Assembly: GCF_009914755.1 (NCBI RefSeq)
Contig: NC_060930.1
Origin: the human T2T-CHM13v2.0 reference genome, Homo sapiens
Strand: one strand, 5' to 3'
Length of the DNA stretch: 64,000 nucleotides
The translations under genes were made by a program, and so were the position numbers. The notes under the pieces were generated by a model. The model saw only the letters and a program-made list of their open reading frames with translations, was not told the origin of the DNA and ran no database searches. Positions 51,428 through 64,000 of this stretch are shown here, piece by piece. Each line of letters begins with the position of its first letter. Within the stretch, counting starts at the first letter, position 1.

Positions 51428-52306
51428 TGCATAAAAATCCAAATCCCTGATTTTATGGCTTAATGTAGATAAACTAAGTATTACGGTATACTTAACTACT
51501 AATATGTAAAATAATGAAATGACTCTAGGGCAGTGATTCTCCGATTTTGGACTAGAAACATTTCTAAAACAAAACCTGCGACCCAAAGTGGTCTTTGTCA
51601 AAGTTCTCTTACTTCAGATAGAGACATTAACCAAAAAATAGCTACCATGATCTGTCATCATTTCATAAGGCAATTTCAATACCAAAAAGTAGAAAAGCTA
51701 TAACATGATAGTAAAAGGCAGTTCCTTAAGGTGGATAAATTTAACTCTATCTCAAGTTCACTGCTCTAACCCTCATGTTCTCATTTCACCATCCAGTCTG
51801 AGAATCCAAATGACACACACGGGAAAACTCTGTCCTGTAGGATCACTGTCCGTGGACTGGCATTTGAAAACTACTGCTATCAGGAACCTTTGCTTAAATT
51901 CATAAAGGCCAGGGATTCTTGCCTCTGTCTTGTATTTTATGTGTGTAGTTTAGAAATCTAGAGGAGACAGCCCCTAATTTTCAGTTCTGGATTTGCCGCT
52001 AATTAACTTCAGTTACTGAATCCTTCTATGAACTTCAGTTCTTAATATCAGATAAGAATAACACCTTTCCTGTCTATTTCACAGGACTGACAGGTTCAAA
52101 GAAATTCAATATGTGAGCAAGTTTTTTTGTAAACTATCATGCTTAATATAATGATTAAGTACTAACATTTATCAAGCATTTTTAAAGTGCCAGATGCTGT
52201 TCTAAATGCTTCCCAAATGGTATCCCGTCCAGCCTTTTTGGCAGCCAAGTAAGGAAACTGAGGCTCAGAGAGGATAAAGAATATGCCAAGTTCATACAGT
52301 TAGTGA

Positions 52307-52659
<353 letters not shown>

Positions 52660-53809
52660 TAATTCCATATTCTTAATCATTCTGATATACTCTTTCGTAA
52701 TTAGTGATATAATTATATCATTGCAATTCTCGTATGCTACTGGCTGAATACTGTAGCTACTGGCTGAACATGCAATATTAATTAACAATTTGTCAGACTC
52801 AGGCCCTTCTAAGTCAGCAAGACCTCCAGATGATAGCTTTCAGCTTAATAAACAAAGGATTTGCTCAGGATCCATTCAGCTAATAGATGCCACTTTTTAT
52901 GTTCAGATATTAACCTCTGTAGATAATTACATGCCCTAGCAGGTAGAGTGCTAGTCTACATTGCTAAGAAAAACGATTGGGCATTATTGCGCTCAAGCTG
53001 GAAACATGTCATTGGGTAAAGATGTAAAAAAAATAGGAGGAAAATGAGATATACAATCAGAAATGTCAAGCCTTTTGAGAAGTGTAATGAATTTGCTAAA
53101 TCTTTAGTAAATTGTACACATGCATTAAAACAGTATATGAGGCTTGCTGAGCTGAAAACTTACACCTTAAGTGACTCTGTGGTACACTATATTTTTCTCA
53201 TACATTTTATTTTGTGATTTATTTAGAATAAAACATCACCTACTTTTTATTTTACAGAAGGCAGAATCGTTTTTAGTTAACATTGGCTTTCAGCTTTAGC
53301 ATGTCTACAGCAGAGAAATACATTGTGGCATTAGTGCCAGGGCAGGGGCTGCTAGTAGAAACGGCAGCATCCAGAGTCCAGCAGCCGTGTGTGGTGGCAC
53401 GGCCAGCACCAGCATCCTCCATGTGCGTCCTTTCTTTGGACGTTCTGGTTTTGCTCCCCGCAGCACAAGACTACATTACCTCATACTTTACTTGGCAGTT
53501 TCCCAAGTAAACTTCCAGCACCCCCACCCTTCCCCTCTTTGCCGCCTAGAGCAATGCTTTCATCATGCTATTCTCCGTCTAGGAACTAGCTGGCTTTCCT
53601 GGTCTCTGTGGCATCTGGTCTGAAGTTCTCCCTTCAAGGTCCTACATAATTAGCTTCCATCTGCTTTAGCCAATTAATTTTTCATGACTTCATCAACCCA
53701 ACCCTACTTCAGGCATGCAGGGGACGTCACCTTTCTTTAGCAGACAAAATGCTTATTCTTATTCTCCCATCTGGAATTTTCTACCTGCTCCCTCTACAGG
53801 GTAATATAC

Positions 53810-54290
53810 TACAAAGAATGTAGACTTTGGAGTCAGACAAGATGTCGCTATGACTCTCAGTCAGATTATCTGTCTCTCTTTCTATATATATTTAAACACA
53901 TACTGAGTGGTTACAGCATATGAAAAACTGTGTGAAGTTCTTTGTCTCATTAAGTAATTTATTCATCACTCTATACCTGTGAGGTCACTATTATTAAGTT
54001 CCCGGTTTACAGATGAAACAATGGAAGCACAAGGAGACGAAGGGCAGCCAGTCAGTGAGGAGCTGAGATTCAAATCTAAAACTGCCTGGAATTCAGAGCC
54101 AATCGTCTTAACCATGACTTAGGAGCATCTCACTAGTTGTATAAACTTGAGCAAACTGCTTAACCTCTCCAGTCTTTAATATTCTCAGTATAAACAGGGA
54201 TATAAATGTCTACTCAGCAGGATTAATGAGATTATGTGTATAAAGTTGCTATCAAAGAGTCTGGCATTCAAAAGAGGCTCCACAAATGTT
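53810..54290. mobile_element. MIR fragments in both orientations
   Basis: AGACTTTGGAGTCAGAC; TTTACAGATGAAACAATGGAAGCACA; CTTAACCTCTC. Confidence 0.65.
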
Positions 54291-55647
54291 TCTGTCTTGT
54301 CTCTTTTCTGCCCATTTACATTCCATTCATCTTTTACATCCTGCCTCTTCCATGAAGCCTCTTTGGAAGACGCAATGACCTATTTCAGCCTACAGTGATT
54401 TCTTCCTCCTGTAAAATCCAAGCGTTCTAAAATGTAGTTTTAAACTGTTTCCCAACTATTTCATTTAACTTAGCCTTTGCTTCCTCAACAAAAGTTTTTT
54501 TACAGGGCAGTAATCACATATTATATACCTCATTTACACTCCCTGTAATTAGCCAAGTACTGGATACATGTTGACTGGCCTAGTGATACAGTCCCTGCAT
54601 GCAGTCTAAGACAGATGTTGCTTTAGAAAAATTTCATTCTATATTTAACAATGCTTATAAAAAAGTATATGGCAAATATAAATTCATAATCTATCACTTG
54701 TCCAGTATAAGTAACAATGAATTAAAAATTCACAGACTTGAATTTAACTTTCCTACCTGTGTAAGTCTGTGCTATGCCTAGTCATTGAAGACTAACAGAC
54801 AATTGGTATTTGCTTACCAAGCTATACTATATCTTGCCAAATTTCAATATTACCAAGAAAATAATGACCATTCCAGAAAACATTAATAACACTTATCCTT
54901 AAATATAAACAGCAGCCCATTAGGGCTTAAGTGCGTCACAGACAGCTTCATCGAGTTGAGTATTCATGGCTGGCGATTTCCCTCTGAGGTAGCTATGAAG
55001 ACTAGTAAGGTAACTGGAATTTATAGAATTGGGTAACTAGTGTGTTAAGCCAATCCTGGGAGTGAGCCAAGATAAGAAAGCCAAAAATGATTCCACTGCT
55101 ATAAACTAAAGCCAAACAATGAAGACAACTGATTTAAGACTCCAGACACTGTTCATTCTCAAGTTCTTAACTAGGCCTAGACCACTGAAATCTGGCTCCA
55201 AAATATTCCACGGAATGAACGATGTGCCAAGGCCTATGCCTGGCCCTCCTCCACCCAGGACTGCTTTCCCCACACCGCAGGCTGCACAGCCCCACTCGCT
55301 GTCCCTTGGGGCATGGTGGCACAAACCCTACTTCTGCTTTTAGCTTTTGTCACTGACTCTTCTTCAAGAGGTAATTTGACCCATTACCTTTTTAATAAAA
55401 CAAATTGACTCATTCCACCTATAGCTTCTCAATTTGAGTCTCCTGGCTTGAAAAGAGCCAGTGGGAATCAAGGAACAATGAGAAAGGTAATGGATTTTCT
55501 AACATGGATGTGTGGCCAACCACATCGTTCGGCCAGGCAGTGGCCAGGCCAAATGGAAAGATGCCTTAAAGAAAGAAAACCTCAATTTAGCGATTTCCAT
55601 AATTTATGAGGAATTGGTAAATTTCTGATACAATCAGAAATAAGCAT

Positions 55648-55767
55648 TTTTATTTTTTAATTGTTTTGTGGAGATGGGGTCTCACTATGTTGCTCAGGCT
55701 GGTCTCAAACTCTTGGGCTCAAGTAATCCTGCCTTGGCCTCCTGAGGCTAGAGCCACCATATCCGGC
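55648..55767 (-). mobile_element. FLAM / Alu monomer with internal deletion
   Basis: GAGATGGGGTCTCACTATGTTGCTCAGGCTGG. Confidence 0.85.
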
Positions 55768-56455
55768 TGCCTGAAATAAGTAGTTTTAAATGCCAGTTTC
55801 ACACTATACTTGTAAAAGTTATACATTTCACTAGAGCAAATGTCAAACAAGTTGATTTTGAGGCGGAATGAAGAGACACGACATCGATACCTAAGCTTCC
55901 ACACAGGGAAGAGGATTTACGAAGACCCAGAAAGCCAGACAGAGAATGGTCTATCTTTCCGGGAAAAATGCCCAGAGGCAGCCGATGAAACCCCCTAAGT
56001 AATGCTGCAGTGTCTCAAGTCCCTCTTCAATCTGCTCAGTGTTCCTCCCTGTGACTCTTATATCCAATTTATTACACCTTTCACTCATGGGGGAGGATAT
56101 GTCAACACAGAGGCAAATGCAAACATTCAGATGAAATGTAAAACACAACCTAGTTTCCAAACAGCTTTCTAGTTGGCCTTGTACAGGCTCAACAGCCAGA
56201 TGACTATTCTCAATTTTTTTCTCATCCCTGATTAAATACAGTACCGACTTCCTTTCAAATGAGAATTCCAGAAAGCAATGTCTAAACATTAGCAATCTTC
56301 CTAATTGTTATTCTTTGCCATGGGTACCATCAGGCTACCTTGGTGATGTTTAGATTGCTAAGGATTATAAAGATGCCTCTTCATAGGAGTATCTACCAAT
56401 CCACATTCAAGGGGCCCAAAAAACTCTCACACTACCCCAAAACATGTTTTGCTGA

Positions 56456-56765
<310 letters not shown>

Positions 56766-57929
56766 AATATTCATTCTTTCTAAAAGTTTGCATTTCTTAT
56801 CTGGAAAGTCTGAAACAGAAGTCCCAAATTCTCTTTAGGAGTAAAAGGAAAACAATGTTGTAAAATAAGAATAGTTCAATAAACTGCAAGTAATCTCTGG
56901 GATGCTTCCCAAAAGTGTACAAAAAGGAACCCAGGGCCATCATCTCCCAAGAGGCTGTAAGGCAGTACAAAGACAAACAGCTCACCATGGCCAGAGCCCC
57001 TGTCAATAGCGCCGAGTGCTTGGTAATTTATTACCTCTGGTCCCTGGACTGCAGTGAAGGAAACTGGAATGTCATACCTTCATTCACAACACTGTCTCAT
57101 GGAATTATTTTTTCCGGATTCCTTGGGAAGTTAAAGTATTTGAGAAGAATATCAGGAACTGTTGTTTCAGCCTGTTTTGTGAGTAGATAATTGCCTTCCA
57201 ACTCCATTATTTCAGGAAATGATGTGTGCGGCATTGTTCCTAGATGAGGGGAGCAATGTGTTTTAGCAAGACCCATACATGCATATGAAAACAAAACAAA
57301 ACAAAAGGCATGCAGTCTAAGTCACTTCACTCAACTCAGACTTTTAAAATCTGGTCTCTAGATAAGAGGCTGGCCCCAGACAACCTACCCACATACCAAT
57401 AACATTCTTTTGAAAGGGTGTAAGCAAAATTTGTTTTAAGAAGTGAGAAATTTTTACCAAAATTACTAAATGTGGTAATAAATAACTTCGACAAATTAAG
57501 TGCTATCAAAATGGGTTCAGCAGAGACCTATTTGAAAGGCTAAATTTTTCTCTGATTTGGGTCTGAGTCAAAGACCAGCATGGGAACTAGAAGTAAAACA
57601 CATTTCATCCTGAAAAATACCTTTGATTCCATGGAATATATTAGCTGATCTTCCTGAAATGTGACATCATTTGTGGTACCAGCTGTATGGGTGTGCCATC
57701 TAAGGATTTACTAAACTAGTATTTCTTTGGTTTAATATGTATTTTAAGACCACAGAAAAAAGTCTAATCCAACTAAGTGGTCCAAGGGGAACTGTTATGG
57801 ACTTCATTCTAAGAAGCTTAAATTTCTTATGATCATGACCTGTTGACCTTTTAATGGATGGATTACACAGAGCAAATTCCCAAATGGACATCTAGAATTG
57901 ATGATAATGATAATCATTGTTATAAAGGA

Positions 57930-58075
57930 AACATTAAATATAGCACATGTGAGGTTCTATTTTACATATATTAACTCATTTAATCCTCAAAACAAACTTA
58001 CGAGGTTAAGTATTGGTCTTTTTACCACCCGTATTTTACAGGTGGGGAAACTGAGGCACAGATATTGAGGTTTGA
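57930..58075 (-). mobile_element. MIR
   Basis: TATTAACTCATTTAATCCTCA...TTTTACAGGTGGGGAAACTGAGGCACAGA. Confidence 0.85.
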
Positions 58076-58620
58076 GATGCCTATTAGGCATCTCAGTGCA
58101 GATGTTAATCAGGTGGTCAAATATGTGAGGAAAAAAACAGGGCTGGAGATACAAATTGGGGAGTTGATAGTTAATCATCCTAAGACTGGCTGCAGGGAAG
58201 TATCTGCAGGGAAGAGATAGCTGGAGGTCTGGCCTTGAGGCATATCAATAATTAGAGGTTGGAAAGAGGAGGAACACCCAGAGAGGCAGAAAGCAAACCA
58301 GGAATAGCTGGTCATCAAAAAGCCAAGTGAAGAAAGTGTTTCTAGAAGGAGAGAGTAATCGATTGTACCTACTGCCGTTGAAAAATAAGGTGAAAACTCA
58401 GGACCATTGGATTTGGCCCAATGGAGGTGGCTGGTGGTTTCAGGGGAGGAGTGGTACTGAAAGCCAAGCTGGAAAGGGTTCAAGGGAGAATACAGAATGC
58501 GGTAAGTGGACACAGCAGCAAATACTGGCAGCTCCTTCCAGGCATTTTGCTATAAACGTGAGCAGATAAATGGAGCAGTAGCTAAAGGGAAAATGGGGAG
58601 CATAGGGAAGGCTTCTTGGG
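58070..58620 (-). mobile_element. L2 fragment with reverse-transcriptase remnant
   Basis: Minus ORF 58175..58513: FQLGFQYHSSPETT..STAVGTIDYSLLLETLSSLGF..SWF resembles the L2/CR1 RT. Confidence 0.85.
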
Positions 58621-60845
58621 GTTAGGTGGCAGTTTATAACGCATTTATAATATGCTGAATTAATGATTTTGCATAATCTAAATTTTCTTCATCTTCTGAA
58701 AAAAATAAAATTAGTTTGATAATTAATGTTCAAAACATGCATTTCTGTTCTGCACACATTTAATCCATGTTTTGTTTTGCAAGAAGCAGGATAGGTTACA
58801 CATCGTTGTCTACACTTGGTTCAGCCAGTCAGTCAGCCTCAGCAATGAGTGTTCCAGGTTACTTTTCAGTTGCTATAGCCTGCAATTTTGCTATCCCTAA
58901 CACTGTAAGTGTTAGGAACTTGCAGAGGGAACTTGCTTTTTTCTTCATGAAAATTTAGTCTAGATGCTCCTAGGTGGGCAATGGAGGGGGAAACGTCCAC
59001 ATGGAGAGTAGTAACTAGACCTCACGGGACAACATCTACCTTCTTTGAGATTTCTCCCTGCCACCACCACTATCCAATACTTTTGGTGTTGAGGGACAGT
59101 GCCTTGCTTAACTTCCTCTACATAGCTGAGATCATGTTGGAACATTTAAACGAAGTTTCATGGAGAATTTGGGGGTTACAACATGGAAATGGCCACACAA
59201 TACAATATAGAGAATCTGGTTTACAAAACATAACTCACTCATCTCTGGTTCAGGTGCTCCTACAAAGATGACTGCGTGACCTGTAGTCCACTTCTGTGAG
59301 GCAGAGGTTATCTGTAACCCCTGCCCACTGTGGAGGGAGAGAGAGAAGAAAGAAAAGGGGTAGGGGGAGAGAGAGGGTGAGAGAGGTAGGTTCTCACACC
59401 CACCTAGTCCTCTTTAAGAACGCACCACTTTCTCAGGTGATTAACATTAGTAAGGTCTATTCATTTCAGGACTTAAGTATAGTCTTATTCTGTGGCCTTA
59501 ATTAGTCTTATTCTGTGGCCTACATAAGATTTTAACACAGTAAACCCAACATCCATATAAGACACACACACATACACACACACACCCCAGATACAGAAGA
59601 GAAGAGGGATTTTGTTATGCTCTCATGATTGCAGATACCACTGGGACCTGGGATCTCCAAGTGGGAGCCGAATTCACTTCATAAGATACCTAGGTCTGTG
59701 ATAGCCAGGGGCCAGTCGGGGCAAGAAGGAAGGGATGAAAATAAACCCTTGGGGACTGCTCTGCACTTTCACTAGTCATTTGTTCAGCCCTAGTGTAATC
59801 CCGTAGGCAGCAACCTCAGAGCCGATTTACCCCACAGAACGTCCCGCGCTAAGGAAACCAAGAACAAAATGTTACAGGAGCTCGTTTAATCTGCACAAGG
59901 AGATGCTTTTATCCAGTGATGCGTTTAGGGAACCATCAGTGTCACCTAAGCACTCTTAAAGCTGTGTGTGTGTCTAGTGGTGATGGAAAGGGGTGCTTCT
60001 CATCTGCTTCTCCTTATTGTCAAAAACCTTAGTAAAAACCTCAGAATCTCTTCAACACCAGATAAAAGGGAAACTGTGAGGCTTTTTCTGAAAGTGAGTT
60101 GAAGAACAAACTGTTTTGAGGCAAGGCAGCAAGTAAACAGAAAGGGAAGCAGGCCAGTGGGAGGTTGGGGCTGCAGCCGCAGAGGGAATGGTCCTAAACA
60201 GCAGATACCTCCTTCAGGGACCGGGAGCTAAGAGATTCTGCTTTGCTTTCCCACCTGGCAATATGACTTTCAGAGCTGCAGCCAAATGGGGTACATCCCA
60301 GGTCCCACAAGTCAAGGCTCTGAATACCGTTCTTTAAAAAAAAAAATCATCAAATATAGTGGCTCATTATTAGCTTAGAGCATTACGTATCACTACTGGT
60401 ACTATGGTATTTTGAGGCATGATACCGTGTTTGTGGGCCAGCTAAAAGCCTAATCACCATGTACATCATTGTTTCTATTGGGAGATGCATTCCAAGTCCC
60501 AAACAAATGATCTAAATGAGGTTTTGGGGGAAAATACTGTTAACGGGGGTAACTTTTTTCCAAAAAGGTAAAATTTCAAGTTTCTACTTTGCAGTATATA
60601 GCTTACTTTAAAAGCTTAAGCCTTTCCAGAGAGAAATAGCAATTATTATAAACCAGGTGATGACAGACTATTGACAAGCCTGACAGTTTTGATTAAAAAC
60701 AATGAAACACATTCATCTAGTCTTTATTTCTTCATATTCAATTATTGTAAAACACAAATGCAATGTAAATAGCAAGGATAACTCAAATCTTCCTTAACCA
60801 AACTAACTCATGGTCAGCCTTGTAATACAGCAAGAACTTCCCTTT

Positions 60846-61050
60846 TCTTTTCTCTTTATTTCAATAGTTGTTGGGGAACTGGAGAAGTTCTTTAGTGGTG
60901 GTTTCTGAGATTTTGGTGCACCCATCACCTGAGCAGTGTACACTGCACCCAATGTGTAGTCTTCTATCTCTCACCCCTTTACATCCTTCCTCCCGAGCCC
61001 CCAAAATCCATGATATCATTCTTATGCCTTTGCATCCTCATAGCCCCCAC
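60846..61050 (-). mobile_element. Short 5'-truncated L1PB/MA 3' end
   Basis: GAGATTTTGGTGCACCCATCACCTGAGCAGTGTACACTG; TSD GAACT(T/C)CCCTTTT. Confidence 0.85.
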
Positions 61051-62433
61051 GAACTCCCCTTTTTAATATGTGGTCAGCACATGTCCTATGCATGGGATAT
61101 AAAACAGCATAAAACATTCTTTTCCTTGAATAATTCAGTCTTCTGGGAAAGGAAATGGGAAATCCTTAAATAGAGGTAGCTGCTTAATAAAACCTGATGT
61201 ATTTTCGCACTGATTATAAAAAGCAAAATACTTACCTAAAAGACAAAGGCCATTTAATAACTTTCTTGATTTCCTACTTATAGTAATGGTGTTCTCAAAA
61301 GCAAAAATTCAGTCACTTTGGGCTAAGAATTACAATTTTACATAAAAGAGAAATAGAGATTATCTAAATCTGAAGCCATGCCAGTAATTGTCATAAGTAA
61401 CACAAACAGTCCATAGACATATCTATATATGGATGTTAAAAATTCCCATAATCTTAACTTCCAAGCCAAGATCTTCATCTCTATCCCTGCCCTGTCTAGA
61501 CTAGAAATTGCTATTTTCAGCTACTTTCTAAAAAAAAAATCCTAATGCAGGCTAATAATTTCCTCAACCTATCAGTCATACATCTGAGTCCACAGAGTAA
61601 CCTTCCTGTAACACTTTCATCGTGCCACTTACAGTAAGAGTCCCATTACCTACAGGATAAGCACAAATTATTAAAGTTGGAAATGATGTGAAAACCATCT
61701 ATGTGATGTGTTTAAAGTCTCTGTACAAATTTAGTGATGGAAGCATGACCAAAATGCAAGTCTTCTCTCATTTCCAATTTCCAGTGCACTTTCCAATTTC
61801 CAGACTGATCCACTACTGCTTCAACATCAAAGAAGTCTATGGATTATTGTCTAAATTTCCCAAAAGTATGTCCACCTGTGTTTTTGATAAACAAGGGCAG
61901 AAACCAAGCTTTAGTCAGCTTCTTAGCCCTAGTTCCTGGAACACAGGTGCTTACTGAACTAGACTGAGCTGGAAAGATTCTGCCATCCTTTTCATAACGC
62001 AAATCCTATTGCATTCAAGTTTTATCTTTACTACAAATGATTCCCTGACCACAACTCACAAAGACAGTTCCTACTTGGGACTCACTTATTTTAGTCATAC
62101 GCTGCCTGCTTAGCATATCATAGTCTTTGATGTGGTATTATGTAACGTTACGGTCTTGGTTTTCTACTTTATTGTTACATGTGCACAACTCAATTATAAA
62201 TTCCTTTAAGATAGAGTGCTATTTCTGACTATCTGCCTTTTGGAATATAATCCTGACACAGAACAATGCTCATATGTTTATTAAATCCTACTCTGGCTTC
62301 CATGCTAGGTGGGGAAAAAAATACTGACAACTAGCTCTTAAATTTCTATTTTCGACCAATTGCTATATTTTTGTGCCTTTAAACATTAACTTAAAAATTA
62401 TAACTGCCTTAATTTGGAGGAATGAACCAAGAG

Positions 62434-62757
62434 TTTTTTTCTTTTCTTTTCTTCCTTTTTTTTTTTTTTTTTTGGAGGTGGAGTCTCGCTCTGTCACCCA
62501 GCCTGGAGTGTAATGGCACGATCTCGGTTCACTGCAACCTCCCACCTCCTGGGTTCAAGCGATTCTCCTGCCTCAGCCTCTTGAGTAGTTGGGACTACAG
62601 GTGCGCGCCACCATGCCCAACTAACTCTTTTTTGGTATTTTTAGTAGAGACAGGGTTTCGCCACATTGGCCAGGTTGGAACTCCTGACCTCAAGTGATCC
62701 ACCTGCCTCGGCCTCCCAAACCGCTGGGACTACACGCGTGAGCCACAGCGCCTGGCC
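62434..62757 (-). mobile_element. Alu (AluS)
   Basis: Dimer with polyT. Confidence 0.95.
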
Positions 62758-64000
62758 AAGTTTTTCAAAACCCATATAAAAACATTATTAGGAATGTTCT
62801 GTTTCTTAATTTGGCTTTGGTTATACAAGGTGTAACTTAATGATTTTTGTACCATTCTATACTTCAACATAGCCCAAATATAAAGGGATTTTTACTCTAC
62901 TTTTATTGCTAATAAAACAGCACATCACTTACATAATGGAAGACTGTATGTTTATGACATGAAGAAAGCGAGAAAAAAATACAATTCTCCTAAAAATACA
63001 GCAATCCTAAAAAAAAAAAAATACAGCATTCCTAACCATCATGGAACTCATAGGCTTTTCCTACATTTTGGTATTTTTATTCAGCTATATAACTTACATT
63101 TATTATCTCCTAAATATCTTTGTCCATAGATGGTATGCACCCATCCACATAAAACTGTTCAGGGGGGGAAAACATGTTATCACAGTGACACCTGCTGGTG
63201 TTCAGCTATACATTTTATATTCTAAGTGAAGGACAGATTTTTTGGTGTCAAAATTTTTCTTAATAAAATTTAATATTAATGTTTCCCACTTAAATAACTT
63301 GTATAATTGTTAAAACCAAATCTCTGTAATACACAACTGGCCACCTAAGATTTTTATTTTGTGACAATTATCTTACTGTAATTTTATTAACTATTTTCTT
63401 TAAAAAGACACTTTCCAAACAAAGCAGCTTAAGTATTCAGATGACATGAAGTTTTTTAAAAAGTGAATTAACTTGTGGTTTTCTTTTCAAATTCTCTATA
63501 AATTCTATTTTAAGGGAAACTATTACATTAAATCAACATTTACAGAATATTTTCTCTGAATGATAAATGTTAGCAATATAAACAATTTCACAAAAGTCAA
63601 AAATCAGGTCTATGTAGAGAAAATTTTAAGCACAACACAGATAACCTCGTACACTGACTTCTATTATGGTAAAACCTCACACTCATAAATGGTGATAATA
63701 CTTGCAATGGAGGCTAACTTTCAATGCCTGCCAGGTCTCAACCAAACTTTTCTTTTTTAAAGTTAAAAGGGGAAAACAATTGCTCCAAGGAATGATGGAA
63801 TGCACATATCCTCATTCATTTCAAGTTTTAAAAAAATACAGTACTGACCACATGGTCTGCAGAGTGGACCTGCTGGCCACAGGGCACTGACGCAAACGGC
63901 TGGATCTTGTGTACACACTCTCTCCTCTCTTGCTATCAGTAAATGCTGCACCACTTGAGCTTGGTGTTGTCTGTTCTAAATGTCCTTGAATCATGCACTG

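Noticed and set aside
62780-64000. AT-rich, repeat-poor end as the 3'UTR of a minus-strand gene
   Set aside because: No coding exon or decisive polyA evidence within the window

Overview
Primate (very probably human) repeat-rich genomic DNA with no recognisable spliced protein-coding exon. Two elements dominate. (1) A near full-length, disabled primate LINE-1 (L1PA4/5-like) on the minus strand at 1-6058, inserted into a THE1/MaLR LTR. (2) A full-length intronless retrocopy of the PIP5K1A mRNA at 42863-46631 (5'UTR, CDS, 3'UTR, polyA signal). From recall this is probably PIP5K1P1, which is not verified here. The rest is about 30 Alu/FLAM copies, old L1M/L2/MIR fragments, MaLR and ERV1 solo LTRs and DNA-transposon fossils. 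Main findings: the retrocopy keeps a 512-codon ORF covering the whole kinase domain, and a single TGA between two compensating indels separates it from the parental C-terminus; the retrocopy and an adjacent Alu share one target site present three times; an unexplained ~230-bp unit occurs twice, once inside an MLT1A LTR; there are two strong hairpins and two TSD-flanked micro-insertions. Repeat subfamily names and parent-gene comparisons come from recalled consensus sequences, not from searches.
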